A stretch of DNA of 64,000 nucleotides from Octopus vulgaris (lineage: Eukaryota): the NCBI GenBank assembly GCA_951406725.2, contig OX597816.1:28396001-28460000 (forward strand), given 5' to 3'. The translations under genes and the position numbers were made by a program. The notes under the pieces were generated by a model, which did no database searches, had not been told where the DNA came from, and saw nothing but the letters and a program-made list of their open reading frames with translations. How positions within the stretch are numbered: position 1 is the stretch's first letter; each line of letters starts with the position of its first letter. This document shows, piece after piece, positions 28,223 to 42,154 of the stretch.

Positions 28223-29204
28223 TTATATATATACATAAATATATATATATATATATGTATATATGTATATATAAAATATGTATGTATATAAATGTCTATG
28301 TATATGGCATAAACAGGTTTAAATAATAGTATTTACCTTCAGCCCTACAACTCTTAGTTCTATAAGCTCTTGTTATAATTCAACTCATTTCTCTCCTCAT
28401 TTCCATTCTCCTTACTCTTGACTTTGCCTATTTCTCCTCATGTCATTACTCTTTCTTTCGTCCTTCTTGCACTGTTTCTACTAACATTTTTTATTCAGTA
28501 TGAAGTCACGAGTTCTTACCGTCCTTATCAGTTGCAGCCAATTTTTAGAAGACTATAAAACTATCCAGTCTCTCACGAATTTCTCTTCTTTCAACTTTTC
28601 TCCTGTAAAAACATTGTCTCCGAAACTATGATTTTTTCCAATTTTCAGGGCAAATTCACAGTAATCTTTCTATCAATTTTGCTACATACACGTATATATA
28701 TGTGTATCTATGAATATATACACACACACACATATATATATATATATACATATGGACTTATATATATATTAAAACACACATCCATATACATATATGTATA
28801 TATATATATATATATATCTCGAGAGAGAGATAAAAAGATAGAAAACGGCAGAGAGAGAGGGAGAGGAACGGTGATGCACGTATATTACACATTTGTAAAT
28901 ATATATGTGTTGAGGGTGAATGAGCAAAGAACTAACCTGATATTTTTGTGTTGAAAATAGTCGGTGAATATCTGTAATACTGATACATTTCTGAGGTCAC
29001 TTCACGATTTCATTTGCGATTGGTTTACTGGAAAAGAGATGAAATACATCGGTATTAAATACATCAAAAGAAGTGTTGATGATTTGATAAAATTACCAAC
29101 ATTACTAAGACCACCACCATTTCATTCGAAAATATATATTTGAATAAGAGCCAAGAGCATAGACACATTATTGCGAGATGTTTAGATACGGTATAGGGTT
29201 AATA

Positions 29205-29251
<47 letters not shown>

Positions 29252-30169
29252 TATATATACATATGTATACATATATATATATGCATATGTATCCTCTCAT
29301 ATACATACACACGCATATACATTCATACATACCTATGTACATTCATTCATACATATACATATATATATGTATATATGTATCTGTCTATCTATCTATTTTT
29401 TCTATGTATCTATCTTTCTATCTATCTCTATATATGTATGTATGCATGTATCCATATATATATATACATATCAAGAAAGTAGTAAGTGTAAGTTTTTGAA
29501 GAAAGGAACTCTAATCTACACACATAATGACCGAAATTCTGTTTGTTACTTGGTAATAACCGGTTAAAAAAGTGTGTTAAACTTTGCCACATTCTGAAAC
29601 GGATGGGAAAGCAGTTTCTGTTCAGTACATATTTGAATCCGTTCTCTCCATATCCATATTTATCACCCCTTTTCTGAAACAAGCGCAAACCCAAACGTAA
29701 CTTTTGTACGAACAAATTAGTCTTCTGTAGTCAGTGATTTATATTATGTCATAATCTGTGATCCATGGAAACGTTAGTTACAGCATTTTAGGAAACAAAT
29801 CACTGATTTACTGTGTTTTTAACTGGCCCATCTTTAATAACAATACCTTACGTGATGGATATCAAGTTAGTGAAAGGACTCCTTTTTAAAAGATCTGGTT
29901 TTCGCTATTCCGTGTGTAGTCCTTGGTACAGTTAGGTATAATTGAAAAAGGAGAAATGACTTCACTGGTAGTTCTAATCAATGTAACTTTCTAATAAGCA
30001 AATCTTGCTGTTTGGTTCTTAGATCTAGTAAGTTCTTTCTTAACTTTGGTGGGGAAACTTTATTTAAAATTTCCTTTTAACTTTTCTGGAGATTTTTTCC
30101 TCGCCATCGTCGGTGGTGATTTTCAAACCGACCTCAGGTAGTGTTGTGCTGTGTGATTATATATATATA

Positions 30170-30335
30170 ACAAAAGACGAAGACAGATGGCGTACAAAAC
30201 ATACAGATGTATTAGTATAACGCTCAGGAATAGAAAAAGTATTTTACGTTTCGAGCCTACGCTCTTCTACAGAAAGGTACACAAAAAAACAAGGAGATAA
30301 ACAAGGAGAGAAAAAAATGTGTGTAGTGGGTAGAA
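30170..30335 (-). mobile_element. Penelope-like terminal fragment with minimal hammerhead-like motif
   Basis: Minus strand cttt-CTGTAGA-agagcgtaggctc-GAAAC-GTA-aaat (30241-30276). Close paralog at 38925-39087. Abuts (TA)n. Confidence 0.6.
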
Positions 30336-30744
30336 CATAAGAGATTTGGGTGTATCTGGTCTGGGGTTGGGGTTTGTTAGTAAGTGTGGGAGTGAAGGAG
30401 TGTTTATGAGCAAGTGCTGAAAGAAAATAGTGAATGGTAAATTCAAGATAATTGATTGAGGGTTGAGTATGCAGTAAATAATATACATATATATGCGTTT
30501 TATGTGTGTGTGCACAGATGCCACTTGCAAGTGTTGCATGCGATGGTACAATATATGTTCGTGTGCGTTTGTGTTTGTGCGAGTTATGTGTTTGTGAGGT
30601 AGTGATTCGAACAGGTTAGTAAAACCAGTGACGTTTAACAGAAGGTAAACACGCGTACATGCAAACATACATGTACACACACACATACGCACATGCATAC
30701 ATACACATGTACATGCAAATACACATAACATGCATGTATATATA

Positions 30745-31975
30745 CAGGGGTTGGACAAAATAATGGAAACACCTAGTATCATAGCATCAAAATTTTGAAA
30801 TATCTATAAAAACGTCAAAATCTTTTCATTTTTATGTTTTTTGATTTATTATTAATTTTGTTTAATATGCTTTGCTAAATTTGCTGTTTCTTTTCAGACA
30901 CCATCAGAAAAGGGTAATGGAAATTCATTAACTTGACAGATATATAGGACTTTCAAAGAGGTCAAACTGTTGGTACTCGTATGTCAGACGCTAGCATAAC
31001 GAAAACAGCCGAAATGCTTGTTATATCAACAAGTACTGTCTAGAAAATAATGACAGCATTTGAGAAAGAGAGAAAAAGCTCCTCGTCGTAACAAAATTCC
31101 GGAAGAAATCAAAAACTTTCAGATAGGGACCGTCGGACTATTACGCGAATTGTTAGAAAGGATAACAAAAATACACCTCCCAGAATTACTGCAGAGCTTA
31201 ACGACCACCGCGAGAATCCAGTTTCCAGAAAAACTGTTCGCCGGGAGCTGCACAAAGCTGGATTTCATGTAAGGGCTGCAATCAGAAAAACCACTACTTT
31301 CAAAAACAAAAGTTGTAAAGCGTTTAGAGTGGAGTAAAAACCTACAGAATGTTCTCTAGAGCAATGGAAGTATGTTATTTTTCTCGGACCAGTCATCCTT
31401 TACCTTATTTCCGACCACCGTCCGAGTATACGTGTGGAGACAGCCAAAGGAAGCAATTGATCCAGACTGCATTATTCCAACTGTTAAAAATGGATGATCT
31501 GGGGATCCTATATTTTGGAAATCCACCGGCCCAATAGTTTCCCTTCATGGCAAAATTAATAGTCATGACCAAATTCATCCTGTTGTGGTGGAATAGTTTC
31601 CTTCACAATCTCTCAGGATGGTAATGCACCAATTCACACAGCTGAAGTTGTTATTGAATGGCACGCGAAAGATACTAGTGAAGTTGAACATCTTATCTGG
31701 CGACCACAGTCCCCAGATCCCAATGTTATTGAACATTTATTGTGCATTTAGAAAAATAAATAAGGAGTCGATATCCTTCACCATCATCACTACAAGAACT
31801 AGAGACTGTTTTAGCTGAAGAATGGACAAAAATTCCTTTGGAAACAATCGAAACTTTGTACGAGTCTATACCACCTAGAATTCAAGCTGTAATTACTTCC
31901 AAAGGTGGTCCTACCCCATATTAAAATAAATTTGTTTGAAATTTTAGTGTTTCCATTATTTTGTTTCAACCCCTT
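30745..31975 (+). mobile_element. full-length decayed Tc1-family transposon
   Basis: TIRs caggggttggacaaaataatggaaacac and gtgtttccattattttgtttcaacccct with flanking TA. Decayed transposase DFQRGQTVG, TVRRELHKAG, QDGNAPIH, WRPQSPDPNVIE, GGPTPY*. Confidence 0.95.
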
Positions 31976-33998
31976 TACATACATATAAAATTCATAACAT
32001 ATTTCTATATACGGTCATATTTTTAATATACTTTGATAAATACTTGAATAAGTTCTGTCACCTAAACTATGCATTTTGTGTCACTTTTCATAACTGTCTA
32101 GGACTGTAAGAACAAATGCTATTATATGCTCTTATGCATATAAGAAAATAAAGAAAACAGCAGATGAAAATATATGTACTAAGGCGAATCGGGGCGTAGA
32201 TTTTCACTGATAAATTTATTTTCTGTCTTGTGCAATTTATGATCCAACATCTTAATTATATTCAAGTAACTACAATTAGCTCATTTAATGCAGTGTGTAT
32301 TAAAATTTTAGACAGAAACACTCATGATGTGAGTACTATTATAAGTAAATTATTCTATTTCAATCGTAGCACTAATTATTGGGAATGCTATGTTATGAAA
32401 CCTTTTCAGTTAAGCATCACTATACTTGCTTAAGTAGTGATGAGAAAAATCTAATATAAATTATCGTTCAAATGTTGACATGAGATCGCCTTAAATTATT
32501 TATAATAATTCATAATAATTTGACTATTACTTGTTATAAGATGACGTCATTGAGTAATTATTCTTTGCAATTTATTCTCTAAAGTGTATAAGGTATATGT
32601 GTGATATTAGTAATTATTAAATACATTTGTTAATTGCTAATAGATTTTTCAATGAGTTTTATTTTCGCCAACACTTCTGTTTAATCTGTTTGATTTCTGT
32701 ATTTCATAAGATCGATAAAATATTAGTTGTTGTTTATGAGATTAGATAATTTATTCTCCGCTGAATGAAGATTACAAGATATCTTTCCGTGATGATATTG
32801 ACTGCTTGCAGTAGAATGACTTTGTTGGGAGGGGATGGCGCATTCACACGTATAATTAATATTGTGCATATTAGTATTTCATAATGGTTTAAAATTTTGG
32901 CACAAGGCCAACAGTTTCGGTCGAGAGCTAAGTCGATTTAACGGAACCATGAATATCTTTAGTTTATGAAACTAAGCTTCTTGCTACCATCGATGTATAA
33001 GAATGTCCTTTTGTTATCGTAGCAACATTGTAATATAAATATAAGTTTCTGTTTTGATATTCAACTTTTCCTTCTTCAAACTCATCAATATGGGCCCTCC
33101 TCTGTTTCTTGGTTTGAATTATTGTTGTTTCATTCTACATCATCATATAACAAATATTTACATATGTTAATCCACATATTAATAATTGTAAATGTCTAAC
33201 TCTTATGCATAAGAATGCTAATTAACAAAACTCACACTAAACGGAAGGAAATAATAAATGGTCTTTGACTGTAACGTTGGTAATAATTTTAAGTATAGTT
33301 CTTGAAAAATACTGATTAATTACAAACTTACTTCTTCTAAACGTATTCTAATGAGATTATTTACGGTAGGCGTTCTGTTAAAATTCTTTAACATTTGCTT
33401 CAGTCTTATCTAGAATATTTTATTTGATGCTAAAATAAAATAATTTACATAGCGAATTTTATTTGCATGCCTCAATGAATCTTAGGCCTGCGGGCATTAC
33501 TACAGATAAGTAATATATCTGTAATGCATCCATGCGTTCAAATCTTTTAGAGCAAAATACTAAAACTAATAAAGAATGAAGTGTAATATTTTGTGTTTGG
33601 GTAAGATACGTAGGAGACATCACCTTGAAGAAGTTCTTCCTCTATATAAATCTCTCAAAAATAGGAAACAATGTATAATATGAGATTAAAGACAACGTAT
33701 AATGCAGTACAATTTCTGTAATCAATTAATTATTTTCTGTAAGAAGAGAAAATCATTAACTATTAGATGTCAATCATATGAATTTAAATACGTTTGTCTA
33801 GATATACAAGCAACATGATATTTTAAAATATCCTTTGCATCTTAATAAATGAGTTCTTAATAATAACACTATATTGATATCTAAGAGAAGCAGAATAACA
33901 AACATATCAGGTGGTATGAACAAAAAGTATAACCAACAGCAATACCTCAATGCACTTTCAGAAAAGTATGTAATCCAATTAAAGAAATACACATGTAT

Positions 33999-34420
33999 AT
34001 ACCTATTTCTTTACTAACCCAGAAGTGGCTAAACACAGAGAGGACAAACGAGGACAGACAAACGGATTAAGTCGATTACATCGACCCCAGTGCGTATCTG
34101 GTACTTATTTAATCGATCCCGAAAGGATGAAAGGCAAAATCGACCTCGGCGGAACTTGAACTCTAAACGTAGCGGTAGACGAAATACCTATTTCTTTACT
34201 ACCCACAAGGGGCTAAACACAGAGGGGACAAACAAGGAGAGACAAACGGATTAAGTCGATTACATCGACCCCAGTGCGTAACTGGTACTTATTTAATCGA
34301 TCCCGAAAGGATGAAAGGCAAACTCGACCTCGGCGGAACTTGAACTCTGAACGTAGCGGTAGACGAAATACCGCAGAGCATTTCGCCCGGCGTGCTAACG
34401 TTTCTGCCAGCTCGCCACCT
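33999..34420 (-). mobile_element. SINE family B, head plus two tandem bodies
   Basis: Same architecture. Junction gacgaaatacctatttctttact at 34178-34200. Confidence 0.9.
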
Positions 34421-35514
34421 GCCAGCGGTATATATTATTGGTAGACTCGAGTTCAATGGTAGACTCCTTAGAATCTACACTCCAACTCTTGTAATTTTAC
34501 CATCCACCACTCATTAAATATGTAAGAATATTGAAGTTTGCTTTAACGATTTTAAGATTAACTAGAACAGAAATTTTACTGCTGGGTTTGTAAGAATCAG
34601 CGAAATATTGTCTCTTTTGCTTCTTAGTAGATTGCATCAAGTCAAACAGTAAACACACTGAAATAGTTACATTACCTAAATAAGTTTCAGACAATATTTA
34701 TAAATTGAAATGTCAACAAAGTGTCAATCACATATTCCGGTTTCATGAAATAGTCACTCGTATCAAATTGACGTTTAACAAGTATAAGAAACCATGATAT
34801 AGTTTCCATTTCAATATTTGACTAAAAAATATGTATATATTAATTTTATTCTGAAAATATAGATAAATATAGTCGTATGGGTTTAGCTGTTATCCAAGAA
34901 AAACATTGAAAGTATTTCAAATATGTAAGATGAAGATTTGGAAGATACTTTAACAAATGTGACAGCTGTCTTTCATGTAATCTGAAGATTGCAATGATGG
35001 ATGAGCTATAATATCTGTTATATTTATAATTCGGTTTATCCTATTATGTTAGCAATCAATAAATACGAGTTAAGTGCAAATATTTGCTGAAAATTTCAAA
35101 TGAGTTTTTGTGATGGTTGGTTTTCAACTGGTTGGAAATATGTATACACTCACTGCTGTTTGCCGATCTTTCTTTGTGTGCAGCTCTTTCAATTTCACCC
35201 ACGTTATTCCTTATCCGCTATTCTCTCTACCTAGCTCTCTCTCTCTCTCTCCAATAGAAATCAACGTGTGCATCACATGCTTAACATATGTATATGGTTT
35301 TAACAAAATAACACTAATGTTGCGAGTTCGTTAAATTTTTTTATCACATAGACGATGGTGACAACTGTGAAATACTTAAATTCTTTAAATAATAAAATAT
35401 GCGTATTGAATAGATTTGAGTGAGTTATGTACAAATTGAGATGTATTCTTGTATGCTTTTGCGCACACACTGTCATGCACAAACACATAGACACACACAC
35501 ATGTATGTAGGCAA

Positions 35515-35581
<67 letters not shown>

Positions 35582-35596
35582 CATATGAATATGCGT

Positions 35597-35637
<41 letters not shown>

Positions 35638-35752
35638 GTGTATACATGTATGGATATATATATATATTTGTATGTATATATACGTATCTATATGCGTGTG
35701 TGTGTATATATACAGCAGTGTCGGACTCACTCCTTGCATATATACATACATA

Positions 35753-35793
<41 letters not shown>

Positions 35794-36051
35794 ATGTGTG
35801 TGTGTGTGTGCGTGTGTACATATATTGGCGTGTACTTGTATTTATGTACATATGTAGGTAGTAACATAGGTAGGTAGGTAATTATGTATGTATACTCGAT
35901 GAGATTTAGTGCAGTACCCATTTATCAAATTCCATTCTGCATCTATTGGCAGACAACACAAAATTGTTTGACAATAAACCACTGTTGGTATTGAACGCAG
36001 CCCTTGATTCTAACTTATGAACCAAATAATCTATCCTTACTATACACTTAT

Positions 36052-36285
36052 GTAACACTTTAACATTGAGATCACCCTGTCAAATGTAATACTTAAGTAT
36101 TGACATTATCTTGAATTAACCATGTATTATCTCCCAGCCTCGATATTTCCAAGATGTAATTGTTTATTTTATGGAATGATATTGTAGAAAGGTGCGAGAG
36201 ACCGGCTCGTTTCAACATGAAGCACGAAGAATATTTAGGCCTGTACGAAGATTACTTGGGCCAGTTTAAATGCTGAAGATTTATA
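36052..36285. mobile_element. degraded small MITE, possibly piggyBac-like
   Basis: Ends taacactttaacatt and aatgctgaagattta are degenerate inverted repeats of the ttaaccctttagcatt type. About 230 bp, non-coding. Confidence 0.4.
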
Positions 36286-37748
36286 TAATGCAAGTCTTAA
36301 TATAAAAATCCTGGTACCCCGTTTGCCTGTACCTAAACGTCAACCAACTCCCCCTCAAATGAAACAGGACTTTGAAACAGAAAACATGCTGAGTGCAAGT
36401 GGTTATATTATTCGATTTGCGATCATGTGTTTGATCTAATTATGTGCCATCGATCCCTGTACAATAGCTCCGGATCGACAAGTGTTGAAGCCCTCGGATG
36501 GACTGTTTCCACATTTCACAGGCTCACATTTGCCTCAATAATGAATCCGATTATCCCTTAGAATTATGTTAATGGAAGACGTGAATAACTTGCTGATTGA
36601 TGAGTTGATCAATCAACAGAATGGTAATTGTAGAAACTGTTAGAGGATTCAACTTTTAAAATCAAGAAGTGAGATGAGTTCATGCTATTGATTATATTTC
36701 TGTTCAATCAAAGCTGACCTGTGATTAAAGAAAAGCAATAAAATCACTTTACCATATTCATGACAATTGCATCCTAAGTTTAAATTTTGTTCCTGTTGAT
36801 GATATTGTTTATCGCGCGGAGTTCGATTTAAAAACGGTACAGATCATACAATTGAGTCGATTCAATTATCTTCATTAGTCTACTGCTAACATGTGGTTTC
36901 GTTTAATTATCTCTGTCTGCGTGATTATCTACCAATAATTACGAGTGCTTCCTTTCATGGAAACATATATCATTGAAAATATCAATTGCTTTTCTTGCTC
37001 AAAATGCACTTGTCATACTCAAGTCATCGAGGGACCTGCATTTGCGTATAATGGAAATCTTGAAATTCTTGAATATGTGAATATATCAGTTGACAACTTG
37101 GAATCAATATCTACGAAGTTAAATCACAAAATTTATCAGAGTAAAGATAAAGAATAACGATAAAAAAAAATTACCGAGGACATTTTTTGGCTGTAATAGC
37201 ACACACACACACACATACACACGCACACACACACACAAACACACACACGAATACACGCATACACACACATACCCTCAAGTTTGATCGATAAGTACCAATC
37301 GAGCCTTGAGGTTGATGCAAACGACAGACCTCCAAAAGCTTTCAGGTCATATTGCTGAGTGTAGAAATAATTATGTTGCTGTCTCTATGTTTTGTGTTCA
37401 AATAATGCTGAGACCATTTAGCAGAAGACAATGATGCAGTGAGAGAACGATATTGATTAACACCCCCACTCAATATTACCGCCTTTTTTCTAAAGCGAAA
37501 CCATTGCTTCCACACTTGTAGATTTAAAATGTTTTGTTGGACAAGAATATGGCGTGGTAAATGCACTGTGCATGTGTGTACGTTAATAGAAAGATTTCTT
37601 TACCTATCAATCTGTGTCCGTGTGTGTGCGTGTATTATGCAGGAACAAAGCACTTGCACGCACATGCGCAGACATATGTTGTAAGAGAATAATTCTAAAG
37701 TAAATAAATGTACAGATTGAATACTAAATGTGTGCGATGTAACAATCC

Positions 37749-37821
<73 letters not shown>

Positions 37822-38269
37822 TGTATATATATATATATTGGTGAATTACCAACCTATCTAACCCACAAGCTTTGTGCAGATGATCAATTATAGAGCAGAC
37901 TAGATAATCATTGAATTATATAACCGTGAGATAAAAGGCTGAGTGAAAACCGAAGCACACACTCGTTGAAGTATTACATTAGCTGAGAGAATAGTTCGTG
38001 AATGGGCATAAAAAGTATCGTTAATAGATCGCTCATTATGAACTGAAGTATACTTTGGCGCGATGCCAGCTATATTATCAATGATTGTGTACCGGTGTTT
38101 ATAGCTTAATTGCATGCAGTGGCAGTTCGTTATTGCGCATTAGTGAGACCAACCAGCTGTAATATACGCCTGAAGGCAACTTTCTGCGCAATCTATGCCG
38201 TGCAGACACGAATGAATGCTTCGTTTCAGCCCGTTACTAAAGTATGTGCGAGTTTGTGTATGTGAGTGG

Positions 38270-38305
<36 letters not shown>

Positions 38306-38474
38306 AATTTGTCTGTGCATGTGGGTGTTTTTGTATACGTCTGGAATATATGTCTGAGTATGTGTGTTAGTGTGTGTGGCTATATGTGGCTAAGTGTGTG
38401 TTCAAACCAGAGCACGACGTATGGAAGAGAAAGCAATTTACATATACGTGTATGTGTCTCTCTCTCTATGCTTG

Positions 38475-38511
<37 letters not shown>

Positions 38512-38863
38512 ACTCAATCAAATACGTAATAGATTATTGATCATTTGTGCGAAAAGATATGAAAATAATTTTTTTATAGAATTAAAGTTTGAAATAAAAT
38601 TATCAAACAAAAATGATAACGAACTAAATTGTGCGAATTTATATGATGAATGTTTCTCTTTCGCATACAATATAACTATACACATACGTGCTCTCCTAAG
38701 TTTTCTCATACCCGTATGGATAACATATTTATATGAAGGTACAACGAAATGTGAATTTGAACTTGAAGAAATATTTAGGAAACCATATGGAAGAAAGTGT
38801 CAAAACCGCAAGCGTACACACACAAACACACACACGCACATACACCACACACACACACGCACA

Positions 38864-38912
<49 letters not shown>

Positions 38913-38924
38913 GGAAAGTTTAGA

Positions 38925-39087
38925 AAAATAAATAAAAGACGAAGAGAGGTGGTGTACAAAACAAACAGATGTATTAGTATAGCGCTCAGTAATAGAAAAA
39001 GTCTTTTACGTTTCGAGCCTACGCTCTTCTACAGAAAGGGACACAGAAAAAACAAGGAGAGAAAAATGCGTGTAGTGGCTAACGATC
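38925..39087 (-). mobile_element. Penelope-like terminal fragment with minimal hammerhead-like motif
   Basis: Minus strand cttt-CTGTAGA-agagcgtaggctc-GAAAC-GTA-aaag (39003-39038). Paralog of 30170-30335. Confidence 0.6.
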
Positions 39088-39853
39088 TAGGTTGCTGCAA
39101 AGGTAATGCCTGAATTTTTAGTAAACAGTTTTAGATAGAATTTTATTATGGCTAGTATTGTTTTAAGAATATCACAATGAGTAATTCATACATTTTTCTT
39201 TCAGATTCTGATTGTATTGGCCATAATCTTCTGCTATATTTGCACCCATGTTCGTCCCATCTAAATATCATATTGGACATGTCTTACCCTATGGGTTTCA
39301 TAAAGATGTCAGTGCAAGCACGGCAGCAAAGTCTCTTCAGAGAATTAATGGCTATGATGTAGTGAGGGAAATATGTTGCAGGAGATGTTTTACTCGTTTG
39401 AGAAGTGAGCTTTTAGTTTGAAAGACGAGTCAAAGAAGTTCGCCCAAAACAACTTGATCCCGAGATGTTGGAAGTTGGTATCACAGAAAATCCAAACGCT
39501 ACTTGTAGAGAACTTAACAGTTTAACGTAGCCCATACAAATGCTTTACGCCAGCTGAAAAGGGTCGGAAAGGTTTCAGTGCTTAGAAAATGGGTCCTGCG
39601 CGAACTCTCTCCGGAGAATCTGCAACAGCTTAAGAAACCATTTTTTTGGAAGGCAGGTGACGAGAAGTAAATCTTTTGCCATTACGTTAAGCGCCACCAA
39701 TCGTGGATCAGTCGAGGAGGAAGACCTGTTCAACAACCAGGAGGAGGACTTCATCCAAGGAAGATCATGTTGAGTATATAGTGGGATATTGAAGGAATTG
39801 TCCATCACGAACTGCTAGACAACAATCAAGCAATTACTGCTGATGTCTACTGT
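39088..39853 (+). mobile_element. 5' half of a decayed mariner
   Basis: TIR-like taggttgctgcaaaggtaat at 39088. ATG at 39248 MFVPSKYHIGHVL.., then KWVLREL, GDEK*IF and GLHPRKIMLSI*WDIEGIVHHELL..ITADVYC. Confidence 0.9.
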
Positions 39854-40247
39854 GATCGAAATAAAGACATTGAAATAATTAAACAAGTACTACTTCCGAT
39901 GTATTCACACGATAACTTAACTAAAAATGAGTTTTCATTCATGGAAGATGGGCCCACATGCCACACGGCGAAAAGGAATCAACAATGGGTGACTGAAAAA
40001 TAAGATCAAAAAGCTTACTTGGCCGAGCCAATCTCCTGGCATGAACCCAATTGAAAATCTGTGGGAAATACTAGATAGAGCTATACGAAAAACTCGACAG
40101 AAACCTAAATCTAAAGACGAATTGTCTCGGTCGTTGCGTGAAAACTGGGCAGAAATTCCACAAAAGACAACCACAAAGCTCATCAGTTCAATGACAAAAA
40201 TAGTTTCTGAATTAAAAAATGCAAAGGGGATGTCAACTAAATACTAA
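39854..40247 (+). mobile_element. 3' half of a decayed Tc1 (DD34E) transposase
   Basis: DRNKDIEII..FMEDGPTCHTAK..WPSQSPGMNPIENLW..LISSM..KGMSTKY*. There are 34 residues between D and E after one 1-nt frameshift is corrected. Confidence 0.9.
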
Positions 40248-40367
40248 AGTATGTAGTCCTACCTATGAATTACACTGTCTTCAGGTCTCTGCTTTATGAA
40301 AATCTCTCGCTTTCCTTTGCCACCTCTTTTTTTCTGTATTCCATTGCTACATTCCAGTGTATGTGTA

Positions 40368-40378
40368 ATAATATTAAC

Positions 40379-40441
<63 letters not shown>

Positions 40442-40446
40442 CATCG

Positions 40447-40514
<68 letters not shown>

Positions 40515-40612
40515 GTTGTTGTTGTTGTTCTTCTTATTATTATTATTGTTATTAGTATTATTGTAATTATTATTATTATTATTGTCATTATCATCATCAT
40601 CATCATCATCAT
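40368..40612. repeat. compound trinucleotide microsatellite (AAT)n-(CAT)n-(TAT)n-(TGT)n
   Basis: Direct observation. Confidence 0.95.
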
Positions 40613-41255
40613 AATTCAGTTGTAGAAAAATCGAAGCATGTTTGACAATTCTCTAGCGTATTGAACTATTTTCTGCGTGACTTTTAACCTACCCTCTGTA
40701 TGGTATAAATCAACGACTCATTTTAGTAGAAAAGTTATATTACATGAAGTGAGCCTTTGAGTCATTATATTTTATGTACGATCGTGTGATCGTCGGGATA
40801 ACTCAAAAGTTATTCCGTTTGATCTCTTACTAGTAGACAGGGTAAATTTCGTGTAGATCTTCTTGGCCAACTGAAGCATAGAGACAAGAACGAAATCCTA
40901 TGGAATACAGCTTCGGTATTAAAGTAATGCAGTCAGTGATTCCAGAAGAAACAAGTAATAGTTAGTAAACACACATACACACGCACACAGACACACACAC
41001 ACATACAAACACTTGCACTCACTCACGCACACGCACACACATATAGACATAGACACACACTCACAGAGAGAAAGAGAGAGAGGGGGAGATACAATGATAT
41101 TGTTTTATATGTACAATAACTTATTAAGAAGACAAGGAGAGATTTGGCTTAAATATATCTGATCATTATTGGAGTAAAATGAGAGCAGATTATCGGGCTA
41201 AATAAGATGAAAGCTTATACTCGAGCATTTATTTGATTACATCAAAATCATATTT

Positions 41256-41673
41256 GGGATCTTTTCGGTTTGAACGGCAGTTTTTAACATAATTTCTAGG
41301 TAACTAAAAGTGTTAAACTTCGTATACTGGTAGAATGTGTTTCTAAAACATCTTTTTCTCTTAGCTTTATTGAGAGAATTCTATAGTTTTTGAGATATTT
41401 ATTGTTTTTTTTTTCTTCTATTTCTGCAATTTCAACCAATCAGTGACGTCTATTGAGTCAAAAACATTCTGTGCCGTATGAATATGTCCCTCGTTTAAGA
41501 AACAGATTGTGAAGAAAAAAATATACCCTTCCCCCACCCCTAACCCTAAACCTAACTAACCCTAACCCTAAAAGAGATTTAAATGCAATAGATTGATTCT
41601 AGGGTCATTATTCTGGGTGACAATTTCATATGACATTGCTAGAAAAAACTGCCGTTCAAACCGAAAAGATTAC
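41256..41673. mobile_element. MITE with ~27-30-bp TIRs, 6-bp TSD and internal telomere-like repeats
   Basis: TIRs atcttttcggtttgaacggcagttttt and aaaaactgccgttcaaaccgaaaagat. Direct repeat atattt on both flanks. (CCCTAA)-like units at 41538-41571. Confidence 0.85.
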
Positions 41674-42045
41674 ATATTTGTTAAAAAGAAAGAGAAAATG
41701 AGAGTATGCGATACAGGGAGAGACACAGGTATGGTAAGAAATATATTAGAAAATAAGAGAGAGAGAGAGGGGGGAGAGGAAAGCGATGTCAGAGAGAATG
41801 AGGGAGAGAGATACTGAGATCTCAGAATGTCTGAAAGTTCAAAAATGTTGAATAGACGCCAATGTATGGCCGGTGTATATATCAAAATTGCTAATCCACA
41901 GAAACAATACACATATACAACCGTACACACATACTTACATACATGCATATATACATACATACGAGTACATATATATTCATCAAAATTAAAAGTATGTGTG
42001 AATGTGCATGAATATATATATGTATGATGCATCTCTCTCTCTCTA

Positions 42046-42082
<37 letters not shown>

Positions 42083-42154
42083 TCATATATAGAATATATG
42101 TATAATATATATATGTATATGTGCACGATCTCAGATGTGGTCACCGTTTTAGTC

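Noticed and set aside
38216-38923. Longest ORF (235 aa)
   Set aside because: It spans TG, CA and TA microsatellites, with no domain-like sequence.
41538-41571. True telomere or chromosome fusion site
   Set aside because: Only a few degenerate units, internal to a MITE with TIRs.
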